A program made the position numbers and the translations under genes. This document shows positions 37,312-47,326 of a stretch of DNA of 64,000 nucleotides, in pieces. This DNA comes from Parcubacteria group bacterium (GTDB taxonomy: Bacteria; Patescibacteriota; Minisyncoccia; Phycocordibacterales; Phycocordibacteraceae), in contig JAQBRG010000003.1 in the NCBI GenBank assembly GCA_028286615.1, forward strand, positions 147,406 to 211,405, in the 5' to 3' direction. The notes below the pieces were generated by a model. It did not search any database, was not told the origin of the DNA, and saw nothing but the letters and a program-made list of their open reading frames with translations. Position 1 is the stretch's first letter, and every line of letters starts with the position of its first letter.

Positions 37312-38010
37312 TTATCCAAGCGGGAGCGTTGCCGCTCCGTCTTTAATTCTATATTCGTTAACAGTGTTATGTGCAAAACGAGTAGGTTCAGGGAGGCGAT
37401 GCTTGCGCACGCAGCTCCACACAAGCTCAACCGCTTCTTCGAGAGTTATAAGGTGTCCTGGGGAGACAAATATTGGTTTAACTCCACGCTTGGTACGCAG
37501 TGCCATCCCAATAACCTCGTTTGTCTTGAGATCTATGAGAGGCGAAGTTGAGCCAGCTTCAGTGTCTGGTCCTTCGTAGAATCCAGTTAGTACACTCTTG
37601 GCACATCCAATTGTTGGAATACCGAGTTCAAGTCCAAGGTGTGAAGCGATACCAAGTCTTCGTGGGTGCGCGATACCAACCCCGTCTACAACTAAGACAT
37701 CTGGTTTAGTTTTCAGTTCTTCCCACGCATCAAGCAGCATGGGGATTTCTCGAAACGAGAGAAGACCTGGTACGTATGGAAAAGGTATGTCTCGCTTAAC
37801 AACCGCATGATCTAGGAGTTCGAGTGTTGGATATGAGAGCGTAACGAAGCCGGCAAAGCCTTCCTTTGCAAAGCGGTTCATAGATACGTCGCACCCACCT
37901 ATGAGCACAGGTCTCTTTTTAAGCGGTACGAGACTCACCTTCTCACGCAACTCTTTCTGGAGCGCAACAGCTTCTTTGGGCGTTACGCTCCAAGAGTGAG
38001 ACATAATCAT
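37312..38010 (-). CDS. nfi: endonuclease V
   Basis: GCDVS...PYVPGLLSFREIP...PDVLVVDGVGIAHPRRLGIASHLG...PTIGCAK matches Nfi catalytic motifs. Confidence 0.8.
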   Translation of the reverse strand: MIMSHSWSVTPKEAVALQKELREKVSLVPLKKRPVLIGGCDVSMNRFAKEGFAGFVTLSYPTLELLDHAVVKRDIPFPYVPGLLSFREIPMLLDAWEELKTKPDVLVVDGVGIAHPRRLGIASHLGLELGIPTIGCAKSVLTGFYEGPDTEAGSTSPLIDLKTNEVIGMALRTKRGVKPIFVSPGHLITLEEAVELVWSCVRKHRLPEPTRFAHNTVNEYRIKDGAATLPLG

Positions 38011-38076
38011 TGCTCATGGTACCAAATCGCAATGAATCTTTTATGAGCAAGAAAGGGTCTTCTATATGAAAATGTG

Positions 38077-38161
38077 CGGAGAGGGGGAGATTCGAACTCC
38101 CGATACCTTTCGGTATGCCGGTTTTCGAAACCGGTCGTTTCAACCACTCACGCACCCCTCC
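38077..38161 (-). tRNA. tRNA-Ser (CGA), type II
   Basis: Minus strand: acceptor GGAGGGG/CCTCTCC (one G-U), anticodon stem CCGGT/ACCGG with loop TTCGAAA, long variable arm, T-arm GGGAG-TTCGAAT-CTCCC. Confidence 0.8.
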
Positions 38162-38239
38162 AGGTAGAGCTATAACTTGAGTATCCTAGCATTTTCGCCT
38201 CGGAAAATGTAGGATAGCCAAGTGCTACCTTCAGTTGGA

Positions 38240-38311
38240 GGCCCTATCGTCTAACGGTTAGGACGCCCGCCTTTCACGCAGGAAATCGGGGTTCGATTCC
38301 CCGTAGGGTCA
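38240..38311 (+). tRNA. tRNA-Glu (TTC)
   Basis: Acceptor GGCCCTA/TAGGGTC, D-arm GTCT-AACGGTTA-GGAC, anticodon loop CTTTCAC, T-arm CGGGG-TTCGATT-CCCCG. Confidence 0.8.
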
Positions 38312-38317
38312 CAAATA

Positions 38318-38346
38318 GAAAAACCGCCCGAGTGGGCGGTTTTTCT
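38318..38346 (+). terminator. rho-independent terminator after tRNA-Glu
   Basis: AAAAACCGCCCGAGTGGGCGGTTTTTC. Confidence 0.8.
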
Positions 38347-38363
38347 GTGTACACGCTTTCTTC

Positions 38364-38717
38364 CTATTCCTGTGCTTCGAGTTTAACAGCAGCTTCAGGA
38401 GTTGAGACTGCCTTACTCATAACCAATGCTTTCGCGATAGCCATAGCAACAAGCCAGTACACAACCATTGCAAGTACCGTTGTCCATTCAAATACGCTTC
38501 CTGATACCTGCGTAACACGGAAGACGCTAATGAAAGGCGCTACGAATGGATACGTAATGGTGTAGATGAAACTCGTGAAGCCTGCGCCTGCATTTGCTCC
38601 AAGGAGCTTGAGCACGAAGCGGAATGCGAGCAATGCTTCGAGAAGACCGAACACGTACCAGATTATCTGGGTGCCACGATACAGCGGCTTAGTGCTAGGA
38701 GCGATAGTTGAATCCAT
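38364..38717 (-). CDS. YggT-family membrane protein
   Basis: Two YggT-like repeats (LLEALLAFRFVLKLL... and VLAMVVYWLVAMAIAKAL). Confidence 0.65.
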   Translation of the reverse strand: MDSTIAPSTKPLYRGTQIIWYVFGLLEALLAFRFVLKLLGANAGAGFTSFIYTITYPFVAPFISVFRVTQVSGSVFEWTTVLAMVVYWLVAMAIAKALVMSKAVSTPEAAVKLEAQE

Positions 38718-38777
38718 GGGAGAAAGTTAAGTAACTAATACTTGTTAACAATGGCACGGTACACATGAAGCTTGCGT

Positions 38778-38933
38778 GATTAACGAGCACCTTTTCCTCC
38801 CGTTGCTTTGTTAGAAGATCCTGCGCCTCCTTTATGGTCTATACGTCCTGCACCCGGCTTTCCATTTGGCCCTTCCCTTTTTGCTTTCTGTCGCTCGTCG
38901 TCTTTAGTGTGTGGTCCAAGTATTTTCTCAGGC
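38778..38933 (-). CDS. 51-aa basic Gly-rich micro-protein with KGG motifs (stress-protein-like)
   Basis: Hand-translated: MPEKILGPHTKDDERQKAKREGPNGKPGAGRIDHKGGAGSSNKATGGKGAR. Weak SD. Below track cutoff. Confidence 0.35.
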
Positions 38934-38979
38934 ATAGGACATTAGTATCGTCCTTTGTTCCTGATACTTGTATGAAGCA

Positions 38980-39402
38980 CTAGCTTGGAAGTACGTCCTT
39001 GCGAGCTGCTACATGCTGCGCTCCATATACGGAGATGTACAGAAGGCCAGCAATGAGACCCATGTGGGAAACGAACATGCCCATCTGCATCTGGTCCGCA
39101 AAGTTATGGTAGAAGACAAGCGCAAGAATGAAGGTAAGAGCAGCAAGGACACACGCTGCTCTTCGTGTCTGCCATCCGATGATAAGAGATACGCCTGCAA
39201 TAACTTCAATCAAGAAGGCAAGGAACACTGCTACGGTTGCGAATGGAAATCCTGCGGCTGCAGTCATACCTACCTCCATTATGAATCCTTGAGTTCCAGG
39301 AATCTTGAAGGATGCTCCCATAAGGAATAAGAGGCCGAAGATCACGCGTCCTGCAACTGGAGCCCAATTCTCATACACACGGCAATACGGAATAAGTCTC
39401 AT
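38980..39402 (-). CDS. DoxX-family membrane protein
   Basis: Four TM helices with DoxX-like spacing (RVIFGLLFLMGASFK...AGFPFATVAVFLAFLIEVIAGVSLIIG). Confidence 0.7.
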   Translation of the reverse strand: MRLIPYCRVYENWAPVAGRVIFGLLFLMGASFKIPGTQGFIMEVGMTAAAGFPFATVAVFLAFLIEVIAGVSLIIGWQTRRAACVLAALTFILALVFYHNFADQMQMGMFVSHMGLIAGLLYISVYGAQHVAARKDVLPS

Positions 39403-39473
39403 AGATGTTTAGTTAACTTTCTTCCAAAAGAAGCAAAGCTAGAAATATGATAGCAAAGAATAGAAATGGGAAA

Positions 39474-40094
39474 CTAGTTTTGCAGCTCTTCTTTTGAAAT
39501 AGCTCCCTCTCGCAGTACGTTTAACCTTTCTCCCGTAAAGGAGACAACGGTTGAAGGGATTCCTCCCGAAAGCGGTCCTGCATCAATAACAAGATCAATG
39601 TGCGGAATATGAGAACCAAACTGTTCTAGAATCTCGCGCACCGTGCTTCCTGTTATGAGTCCGCTCCTGTTCGCAGACGTTGCTGTATAGGGTCTCTTAA
39701 ACGCTTTTGAAAGTGCAGCTGTAAAAGGGTGGTTTGGAACTCGTATGCCGAGCGTGCCATGGAGCATCAATTCTTCTGGTAGCTTGTCTATTCCGGGTAG
39801 CACCAATGTTAGAGGTCCTGGCAGATACCGGCTCGCGAGATGCTTTGCCTGTTCTGAAAGAATTGCGTAGCTTTCTATAGAAGCCACATCAGGCACTATT
39901 ACAGAGATTGGCTTCTTCTTTTCTCTTCCCTTTAGATCACGGAGTTTTTCAAGCGCACGAGTATTAAGTGCGTCTACAGCTAGTCCGTAAATAGTATCTG
40001 TTGGGTAGAGAACGATACCCGCTTTACTCAAAGTTTTCGCTGCGAGTTTCGCTGCTTTCTCTACTCCCACGTCTTCAAGATTGACGATCTTCAT
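39474..40094 (-). CDS. tsaC: L-threonylcarbamoyladenylate synthase (YrdC/Sua5 family)
   Basis: VLYPTDTIYGLAVDA signature. Start set at internal Met MKIVNLEDVG because the longer ORF overlaps tRNA-Val on the opposite strand. Confidence 0.8.
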   Translation of the reverse strand: MKIVNLEDVGVEKAAKLAAKTLSKAGIVLYPTDTIYGLAVDALNTRALEKLRDLKGREKKKPISVIVPDVASIESYAILSEQAKHLASRYLPGPLTLVLPGIDKLPEELMLHGTLGIRVPNHPFTAALSKAFKRPYTATSANRSGLITGSTVREILEQFGSHIPHIDLVIDAGPLSGGIPSTVVSFTGERLNVLREGAISKEELQN

Positions 40095-40139
40095 AGGTTG
40101 AATGGTAGCTCTAAACGCGCTATTCTGCGAGCATTCTTG

Positions 40140-40212
40140 AAGCGCGATTAGCTCAATTGGTAGAGCGTTTCTTTGACGTAGAAAAGGTAGCAAGTTCGAA
40201 TCTTGCATCGCG
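40140..40212 (+). tRNA. tRNA-Val (GAC)
   Basis: Acceptor GCGCGAT/ATCGCGC, D-arm GCTC-AATTGGTA-GAGC, anticodon stem TTTCT/AGAAA with loop TTGACGT, T-arm GCAAG-TTCGAAT-CTTGC. Confidence 0.85.
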
Positions 40213-40224
40213 CACACAGATTTT

Positions 40225-41091
40225 ATGGAAAGAACAGTAATCTTTTATCACGGTAATTGCCCCGACGGTTTTGGGGGGGCTTATAGCGCGTGGAAAAAGT
40301 TTGGCGATTCAGCTGAATACATCCCTCTTAAACGCGGAGTTCCAGAGCCAGAAGATTTCAAGGGAGCCACGGTGTTTTTCATAGACTTCACTTACCCACA
40401 GGAAATCATGGATCGCTTCCTTGCTGAAGCAGGGGGATTAATAGTGCTTGATCATCATGAAGGTATCCAAGATGTGGTTGAGAGCATGCCTGAGCATGTG
40501 TATGACGTAAGTCGCTCGGGCGCCACAATCGCATGGACATACTTCCATCCTGATACAGAAGTGCCAACGTTGCTTAACCATATCGAAGACGACGACCTTT
40601 TCCGCTTTGCACTCCCTGATACCAAGCCTCTTATGGCGTACATAGGGGTACATCCTTTTACATTTGAGTCTTGGGACGAGCTTGCAGCAATACTCGACGA
40701 TCCAGGACGTAAAGGAATCTTTCTTGAGAAAGCGCGTGCGTATCGCGAATACTTTGACCTTCTCATTGCGCAGGCAGTTGAGCGTTCTAAGCTAGTCTCA
40801 TTCGAAGGACACGAAGTATATATAGGACAGACGCAGCCCATGAAGCCCATGGTTTCAGCGCTCGGAAACGCACTCGCTCGCAAGCAACCTCCTTTCGGCA
40901 TGATTCTCCAGCCTCGAGAGAATGGCATGAGCGTTTCTCTGCGTGGAGATGGCAGCATAGACCTCACCCAGATCGCTAAGAAGTACGGAGGAAATGGACA
41001 TCCTTCTTCAGCAGCCTTCTTCCTTCCTTGGGGCACTCCTATTCCTTGGGAAGCGGTAGAAGAAAAGACCGATGAGGATACTCGCGATTGA
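40225..41091 (+). CDS. DHH/DHHA1-family phosphoesterase (NrnA-like)
   Basis: DHH motif LDHHEG. DHHA1 GGNGHPSSAA. N-terminal YHGNCPDGFG metal-binding region. Confidence 0.75.
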   Translation: MERTVIFYHGNCPDGFGGAYSAWKKFGDSAEYIPLKRGVPEPEDFKGATVFFIDFTYPQEIMDRFLAEAGGLIVLDHHEGIQDVVESMPEHVYDVSRSGATIAWTYFHPDTEVPTLLNHIEDDDLFRFALPDTKPLMAYIGVHPFTFESWDELAAILDDPGRKGIFLEKARAYREYFDLLIAQAVERSKLVSFEGHEVYIGQTQPMKPMVSALGNALARKQPPFGMILQPRENGMSVSLRGDGSIDLTQIAKKYGGNGHPSSAAFFLPWGTPIPWEAVEEKTDEDTRD

Positions 41092-42247
41092 AACCTCGTG
41101 TGACGAGACCGCTGTTTCTATTCTGGAAGCAGAGGGTACTGAAGAAAATGCGCGCTTCCGTGTACTCGGAAATGCGCTTCTCTCTCAGATAGATATGCAT
41201 AGAGAGTACGGTGGCGTGTTTCCAGCTGTTGCTAAGCGCGAGCATGCAAAGAATTTAGTACCCTTGCTCGCAGCTGCACTTGAAGAAGCCGAACTTCTTA
41301 AAGAGGATACTCAGTCCATTCCAGACGATATACGTACTCAGGTTTCAGATCTTCTTGCTCGAGAGCCTGAACTGCCTGAAGCTTTTCTTTCTTTCATAAC
41401 TGAATGCGAGCCTGCTGAGATAGATGCAATTGCCGTTACAGCAGGCCCAGGTCTTGAACCTGCGCTTTGGGTTGGAATTAATTTTGCACGAGCTCTATCC
41501 CTTGTTTGGAACAAGCCACTTATTGCGGTTAACCACATGGAGGGACATCTTCTTTCAGCTCTTGCAAGAAACGAAGACGACACGCTTTCAATTACAGACG
41601 TCGATCTTCCTGTTCTTGCTCTCCTTATATCCGGCGGACACACTGAACTTGTTTCTATGCCTACGTGGCACTCGTACGAACTTATAGGATGCACACGAGA
41701 CGATGCTGCGGGCGAGGCATTCGACAAGGTTGCGCGCATGCTCGGACTTCCCTATCCAGGCGGTCCTGAAATTTCGCGCATTGCACACGCTTCAAGGAAT
41801 AGTGGCGAGAGCATACATACATTTCCTCGACCTATGATTAAGGATCCTCACTGCGACTTCTCATTCTCCGGACTCAAAACTTCGGTCATGTATCTCATTA
41901 AAGGAATGCCTGAATTAACTCAAGAAGACAAAGAACATATTGCTCGTTCGTTCGAGGACGCTGTTGCAGATGTGCTTTATGCAAAGACCTCACGCGCATT
42001 GCTTGAGACAGGAGCCAAGACACTTGTTCTTGGAGGAGGAGTCTCAGGCAACACGCACATTCAAGAAGTATTTACTGCAAAGCTTGCAGAAGACCATCCT
42101 GAAGTTGCGTTTCGTATTCCTACTCGCGAGCTCACTACAGACAACGCCATTATGATAGGTATCGCCGGATACTATAGAGCGCTTAAAAATGAGTTCACAG
42201 ATTCAAGCACTCTCGTCGCTAATGGCAACCTTTCCTTAGCAAAATAG
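41072..42247 (+). CDS. tsaD: tRNA N6-adenosine threonylcarbamoyltransferase TsaD (Kae1/Gcp)
   Basis: ILAIETSCDETAVSI N-terminus, metal-binding H..H (NHMEGHLL), ASKAT fold. 391 aa. Confidence 0.9.
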   Translation: MRILAIETSCDETAVSILEAEGTEENARFRVLGNALLSQIDMHREYGGVFPAVAKREHAKNLVPLLAAALEEAELLKEDTQSIPDDIRTQVSDLLAREPELPEAFLSFITECEPAEIDAIAVTAGPGLEPALWVGINFARALSLVWNKPLIAVNHMEGHLLSALARNEDDTLSITDVDLPVLALLISGGHTELVSMPTWHSYELIGCTRDDAAGEAFDKVARMLGLPYPGGPEISRIAHASRNSGESIHTFPRPMIKDPHCDFSFSGLKTSVMYLIKGMPELTQEDKEHIARSFEDAVADVLYAKTSRALLETGAKTLVLGGGVSGNTHIQEVFTAKLAEDHPEVAFRIPTRELTTDNAIMIGIAGYYRALKNEFTDSSTLVANGNLSLAK

Positions 42248-42285
42248 AGGCGAATTGAGCGTTTTTCTGCTATATTCGCCTATAT

Positions 42286-44472
42286 ATGGACGAGAAGTTC
42301 AAGAGCCCCTATAACCCGAAGGAGACCGAGGCACGCCTATATAAGGCGTGGGAGGAGAGCGGGTATTTCAACCCAGATAATCTGCCTGGAAAGAGAAAGA
42401 AGCCGTACACGATTATGATGCCGCCGCCAAACGCGACAGGTGTGCTTCACATGGGTCACGCGTTGATGCTTGTTATTCAAGACATCCTCATTCGCTACAA
42501 GCGTCTTCAGGGATTTGAGACTCTTTGGCTTCCAGGCACAGACCACGCAGCAATCGCAACCCAATCTAAAGTTGAGAAGGACATAAGCAAGAGCGAAGGT
42601 AAGAGTCGCCATGATCTTGGGCGAGAAGAACTGCTAAAGAGAATTGGTACCTATGTTGAAGAGAGTCGAGATACTATTCGAAACCAGATACGCGTACTGG
42701 GTTCTTCTTGCGATTGGTCTCGCGAAGCATTTACACTCGACGAAGAACGAAACAAAGCGGTGAACGAGTTGTTCAAGCGCATGTACCAGGCAGGACTTAT
42801 ATACCGCGGACATCGCATTGTTAATTGGGATCCAAAGGGGCAGACAACAATTTCAGACGACGAGATCGTGCACGAAGAACGCGCAGGAAAACTCTATACC
42901 TTTAAATACAGCAAGGACTTCCCTGTCTCCATTTCAAGCACTCGTCCCGAAACAAAAATTGGCGATGTTGCCGTTGCCGTACACCCAGACGACGCCAGGT
43001 ATCAAGAATACATCGGCAAGACATATGAGATGGAATTCTGTGGTGCACAGCTTTCAATACGAATTGTTCCTGACGAGGCCGTTGATCCCGATTTCGGTAC
43101 TGGTGCTCTTGGTGTTACGCCAGCACATAGCCAAATAGACTGGGAGATACGTGATCGTCACGCGCTGCCTGTTATTCAGGTTATAGATGAACGTGGTCGC
43201 ATGACCCGCGGAAACGAGTCAGTTAACGGAAAGAAAATATCAGAAGCACGTGAAGCAGTTGTTGCGTGGTTACGCGAAGAAGGACTGCTTGAGAAAGAAG
43301 AAGATATTATGCAGAACATCGCTACCGCAGAACGTACCGGCGGCACCATCGAGCCGCTTCCAAAGTTGCAGTGGTTTGTTGATGTGAACAAAGAATTCGC
43401 GCTCGATCATTCAGATATTCCTGGTATTAATGCAGGCGAACCCGTTACACTTAAGGAAATAATGAAGAAGGCCGTTGAAGGTAACGGCATACGTATTATT
43501 CCTGAGCACTTCAACAAAACGTACTTCCATTGGATAGATAACCTTAGAGACTGGTGTATTAGCCGACAGATCTGGTACGGACACCGTGTTCCTGTGTGGT
43601 ATCGAGGCGAGGAGATAACTATCGGAGAGGCTCCTGAGGGAGACTGGGCAAAGGATGGGTGGGTACAAGACGAAGACACGCTTGATACCTGGTTCTCCTC
43701 TGGCTCATGGACCTTCTCAACACTTGGCTGGCCCGAGTTCAAAAAGGATCTTGAACGTTTCCATCCAACCGACGTTCTTGAAACCGGGTACGACATTCTC
43801 TTCTTCTGGGTTGCCCGCATGATTCTCATGAGCGGATTTGCTTTGGGACAGGTTCCATTTAAGAACGTGTATCTGCACGGCATTGTTCGAGACGCGAAGG
43901 GACGCAAATTCTCTAAGTCTCTAGGAAACGGTATTGATCCCGTTGAGATGGTTGAGAAGTTTGGTACGGACGCTGTTCGTATGGCGCTTATTATTGGCAA
44001 CACGCCGGGTACTGACTCACGTCTTTCCGAAGACAAGATTAAGGGCTACAAGAATTTCGCTAACAAGATCTGGAATATCTCCCGATTCATTCTTGAGAAC
44101 ACTGAAGGCGCTGACGCTAAAGCGTCTCTTACGGAAGCGGATCAAGCCCTCCGCGAAGAATTTACCGCACTCGCTGCGGACATAACCTCAGACTTTGACG
44201 AGTTCCGTGTCTATCTCGCTGCAGAAAAGGCATACCATTACGCATGGCACCGTCTAGCAGATGAGGTCCTTGAAGAATCGAAGGCTATATTCTTAGGAGA
44301 AGACGAAGCAGCAAAAGCTTCACGCAAAGCGGTGCTTCTTTCACTCTTACATGACGTCCTCATTATTCTTCACCCGTTCATGCCGTTTGTTACTGAAGAA
44401 ATTTGGCAGAGCCTTCCAGACGCTAAAGACGAAGCCAAGTTCTTGATGGTTGCACGTTGGCCTGAGGCATAG
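42286..44472 (+). CDS. valS: valyl-tRNA synthetase (short form)
   Basis: PPPNATGVLHMGHAL (HIGH motif, ValRS-type PPPN context), KFSKSLGNGIDP (KMSKS). 728 aa, seemingly without the C-terminal coiled-coil. Confidence 0.9.
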   Translation: MDEKFKSPYNPKETEARLYKAWEESGYFNPDNLPGKRKKPYTIMMPPPNATGVLHMGHALMLVIQDILIRYKRLQGFETLWLPGTDHAAIATQSKVEKDISKSEGKSRHDLGREELLKRIGTYVEESRDTIRNQIRVLGSSCDWSREAFTLDEERNKAVNELFKRMYQAGLIYRGHRIVNWDPKGQTTISDDEIVHEERAGKLYTFKYSKDFPVSISSTRPETKIGDVAVAVHPDDARYQEYIGKTYEMEFCGAQLSIRIVPDEAVDPDFGTGALGVTPAHSQIDWEIRDRHALPVIQVIDERGRMTRGNESVNGKKISEAREAVVAWLREEGLLEKEEDIMQNIATAERTGGTIEPLPKLQWFVDVNKEFALDHSDIPGINAGEPVTLKEIMKKAVEGNGIRIIPEHFNKTYFHWIDNLRDWCISRQIWYGHRVPVWYRGEEITIGEAPEGDWAKDGWVQDEDTLDTWFSSGSWTFSTLGWPEFKKDLERFHPTDVLETGYDILFFWVARMILMSGFALGQVPFKNVYLHGIVRDAKGRKFSKSLGNGIDPVEMVEKFGTDAVRMALIIGNTPGTDSRLSEDKIKGYKNFANKIWNISRFILENTEGADAKASLTEADQALREEFTALAADITSDFDEFRVYLAAEKAYHYAWHRLADEVLEESKAIFLGEDEAAKASRKAVLLSLLHDVLIILHPFMPFVTEEIWQSLPDAKDEAKFLMVARWPEA

Positions 44473-44519
44473 CGTCTATCCCCCATTAGTTAGTACTGCG
44501 GGCGGTATACAATATAGGC

Positions 44520-45227
44520 ATGCCTTCTGTTGAAGTTATTCTCTACGCGCTCCTAGGCGGTATTCTTCCCGCACTCGTGTGGTTATGGTTCTTGTTGCGT
44601 GAGGATGCGCGATGTCCCGAACCTAAACCCATTATCGCTCTCGCTCTTTTGGCGGGCATGATTGCCGTACCACTCGTTCTTCCTTTGGAACAGATTGCCG
44701 CGTCTCTTCTTCCTACAGGACTCTCAACTATTGTTGCGTGGGCAACCATTGAGGAGACGGTTAAGTATTTGCTGGCTGCAGTGTTCATTCTCTGGAGACG
44801 CGAGGTTGATGAATCTATCGACCTTGTTATATACATGTTCACAATTGCGCTTGGGTTTGCTGCACTTGAGAACGCCCTCTTCCTTGTTGCACCGTTTTCA
44901 GGAGGAGATGTGCTTGGCGGATTGGTTACTGACAACCTTCGCTTCCTTGGTTCAACATTGCTTCATGTTATTGCATCTTCTGCGATTGGGTTCGCGCTCG
45001 CGCTCTCCTTCACAAAGCCTCCGTATCTCAGAACTGCGTTCGCTGCAGCCGGACTTATCCTTGCTATCGCATTGCATGCCCTATTTAACTTTCTTATAAT
45101 TGAACAGAGTGGTTCAACCACCCTCTTAGCATTCTTTCTCGTATGGAGTAGTGCAATTGCTTTCTTTGCTCTCTTTGAAACCTTGCGCTATTTCCGTTAC
45201 CGACATTTACCAAACAACACTTGTTAA
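44520..45227 (+). CDS. PrsW-family intramembrane metalloprotease
   Basis: EETVKY (EExxK), FAALEN (FxxxE) and HALFN motifs in a polytopic membrane protein. Confidence 0.75.
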   Translation: MPSVEVILYALLGGILPALVWLWFLLREDARCPEPKPIIALALLAGMIAVPLVLPLEQIAASLLPTGLSTIVAWATIEETVKYLLAAVFILWRREVDESIDLVIYMFTIALGFAALENALFLVAPFSGGDVLGGLVTDNLRFLGSTLLHVIASSAIGFALALSFTKPPYLRTAFAAAGLILAIALHALFNFLIIEQSGSTTLLAFFLVWSSAIAFFALFETLRYFRYRHLPNNTC

Positions 45228-45233
45228 CCTGCA

Positions 45234-45740
45234 GTGACTTCTATGAAAAAACGCTCTTCATTCTTCGATCGACTCTCCGGCGGCACCCAGCTTACGGATG
45301 ACTACGAACCATACGAGGATGACCTGTCGCACACGCCAGGGCGTACCGTTACGCCTCAGGCAGGCCGACAGCCAGTTATGGCTCCTATGCCTATTGAAGA
45401 CGACCAGACTGATGGCCAGCTGCCGGTTGATGTACACCAGACTCCTAACGAGATTGTTATCCGTACTTTCATTGCAGGAGTACGCCCTGACGAAATGAAC
45501 GTTTCTATAAGTCGCGACATGGTTGTTATTGAAGGATCCCGTGACGAGCGCGATTCTGTATCTGATACCGACTACTTTACCCGCGAACTCTTCTGGGGCT
45601 CGTTCTCTCGCACCATTCTCCTTCCCCAGGAAGTTGATGTTGAGAATTCTTCAGCAGGTTCTAAGGACGGTCTTCTTACTATTATCCTTCCGAAGCTTGA
45701 TAAGGCACGACAGACAAAACTCCGCATTAAGGCTGGATAA
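45234..45740 (+). CDS. Hsp20/alpha-crystallin small heat-shock protein
   Basis: Alpha-crystallin domain (VDVHQTPNEIVIRTFIAGV...GLLTIILPK). Confidence 0.85.
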   Translation: MTSMKKRSSFFDRLSGGTQLTDDYEPYEDDLSHTPGRTVTPQAGRQPVMAPMPIEDDQTDGQLPVDVHQTPNEIVIRTFIAGVRPDEMNVSISRDMVVIEGSRDERDSVSDTDYFTRELFWGSFSRTILLPQEVDVENSSAGSKDGLLTIILPKLDKARQTKLRIKAG

Positions 45741-45753
45741 GCCAAAGGTAAAG

Positions 45754-45782
45754 AAAAGGCCCGCAAACGCGGGCCTTTTCTT
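45754..45782. terminator. bidirectional terminator
   Basis: AAAAGGCCCGC-aaac-GCGGGCCTTTT. Confidence 0.8.
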
Positions 45783-46864
45783 TAATGTGTTTCTTCCCTG
45801 AGAGTTGGCGGAGTTGTTACTTCTTCAACAACAAACGGAATACGCCCAATAACCTGTCCGCTTGGTGTCTTAACCATCACGCGCCATTTACCCGCAGCAA
45901 GACTGCTTCTTTCAGAGTACCCTCGATACCCTTCTGCCCTTCCTCCAGATATAGGGAATGTTACGCGTCCTTCAGTTACCCATTTATTCTTCTCGGTATC
46001 ATAGTGTTCCCATTCGTGTATGGTGCTTGTTGAGAATTTAATAGGAGCAAAGATTGAGGTGAACGCATAGAGTGTTTCGCCCGGCGCCACATGTATCACT
46101 TGAGATCTCAGACCCCACCACATACGAGACGCTTCTGTTTGTACAACGTAGCCCTCTGCCGTATGCGAAACCGCGTGATATATATTGCCCTCTTTGAGTG
46201 TTAGAGGAATAGGCGGAACAAGACCAATGAAGTATGAGACTACAACAACAATTACTATTGCGAGAGACGAGCCAATAATGGGCGTGAGGCTTTCCTTTAA
46301 GCGAGTCTTTCCTGTTCTCCAAAGCAAGAACATGAAGAGTGCAAATACTGCAACCGAGATGACGCTTGAGCCCAGGAACACAATTGGACCAAGCTCATGC
46401 ACCAGAAGTGGGAGCGCGAATATGCTGTATGCGTAGAGCGTAAAGAAAAGGAGTACAGCAAGAAATACTGTGCGGTCTCTATATTTCCTGAACCACTCGT
46501 TCCCCAGGAACACGAGACCGATAAGCACGAGGAATGGCCAAGATACTGCAACAACCGAACTCTTGGTATAGAAGATAAGGAAGCCTGAGAGCAGACTTCC
46601 AAGCAGGTATTGCGCAGCAAGAGGCAGCACAACACGAAGCGTACTCAAAAAGAGTTTTGGCTTCTCTCCTCCCTTGGTATACGCGAGATGGCTGCCAAAC
46701 ACGCAGACCGCTGCTCCTATGAGATACCCTGCGAAGAGCAGGTTAACGATGGAGATGTCGAGGAGTGTGAACGTAAGGAGGTCTGTTATAAATCCTCCAA
46801 CGAAAAGGACCCCGCCTAAGTGACGTTCGTTCTGTTGTATCCACGAAATGAGAGACTTAAACAT
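45782..46864 (-). CDS. polytopic membrane protein with C-terminal soluble beta-rich domain, hypothetical
   Basis: Six or more TM helices then a ~130-aa hydrophilic domain. No confident family call. Confidence 0.5.
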   Translation of the reverse strand: MFKSLISWIQQNERHLGGVLFVGGFITDLLTFTLLDISIVNLLFAGYLIGAAVCVFGSHLAYTKGGEKPKLFLSTLRVVLPLAAQYLLGSLLSGFLIFYTKSSVVAVSWPFLVLIGLVFLGNEWFRKYRDRTVFLAVLLFFTLYAYSIFALPLLVHELGPIVFLGSSVISVAVFALFMFLLWRTGKTRLKESLTPIIGSSLAIVIVVVVSYFIGLVPPIPLTLKEGNIYHAVSHTAEGYVVQTEASRMWWGLRSQVIHVAPGETLYAFTSIFAPIKFSTSTIHEWEHYDTEKNKWVTEGRVTFPISGGRAEGYRGYSERSSLAAGKWRVMVKTPSGQVIGRIPFVVEEVTTPPTLREETH

Positions 46865-46887
46865 GCTTTAAGTATAAAGCATTCTGG

Positions 46888-46960
46888 TGCTTGAGACCGG
46901 GGTCGAACCGGTGACCTCACCCTCTTCAGGGGCGCGCTCTACCAACTGAGCTACTCAAGC
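46888..46960 (-). tRNA. tRNA-Phe (GAA)
   Basis: Minus strand: acceptor GCTTGAG/CTCAAGC, D-arm GCTC-AGTTGGTA-GAGC, anticodon loop CTGAAGA, T-arm CCGGT-TCGACCC variant. Confidence 0.85.
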
Positions 46961-46994
46961 GTTGCGGCTACTTTAGCACACCGGGGCCTGATTT

Positions 46995-47300
46995 TCACTT
47001 ATTCCCGTATGCTGCCTGGTACTCCTTAATGAGTACATCTATCTGTTCTTTTGAGGGTACGCCAAAGCCGGCAGGAGATGCCTGCTGGCCACTAAACAGG
47101 GCCATGAGAGGCTGAATATAGGCACTGAGGAAGAAGATAGGTACACCGAGGATAATGAGCCAGAGTAGGATTTTTGCTACGAGACCAAGTACCGCATCTC
47201 TGCGAATAAGTTTGAGCAGACGATTATTCTCCTTCGCTATCTCAATATTCTCCTCAAGCAAATCTTTGAGCTCCGCAATGTCTGGTGTTGGCGACTCCAT
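46995..47300 (-). CDS. small membrane protein, hypothetical
   Basis: One central TM pair (LGLVAKILLWLIILGVPIFFL) flanked by charged termini. Confidence 0.5.
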   Translation of the reverse strand: MESPTPDIAELKDLLEENIEIAKENNRLLKLIRRDAVLGLVAKILLWLIILGVPIFFLSAYIQPLMALFSGQQASPAGFGVPSKEQIDVLIKEYQAAYGNK

Positions 47301-47326
47301 ATTTTCAGTAGTATATCACTGCCTTA

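Noticed and set aside
38165-38239. Imperfect inverted repeat TATCCTAGCATTTTC/GAAAATGTAGGATA between divergent tRNA-Ser and tRNA-Glu
   Set aside because: It could be overlapping divergent promoters or an operator. Too degenerate to call.
39474-40217. Long form (247 aa) of tsaC
   Set aside because: The N-terminal extension runs antisense through tRNA-Val (40140-40212). The internal Met at 40094 is the plausible start.
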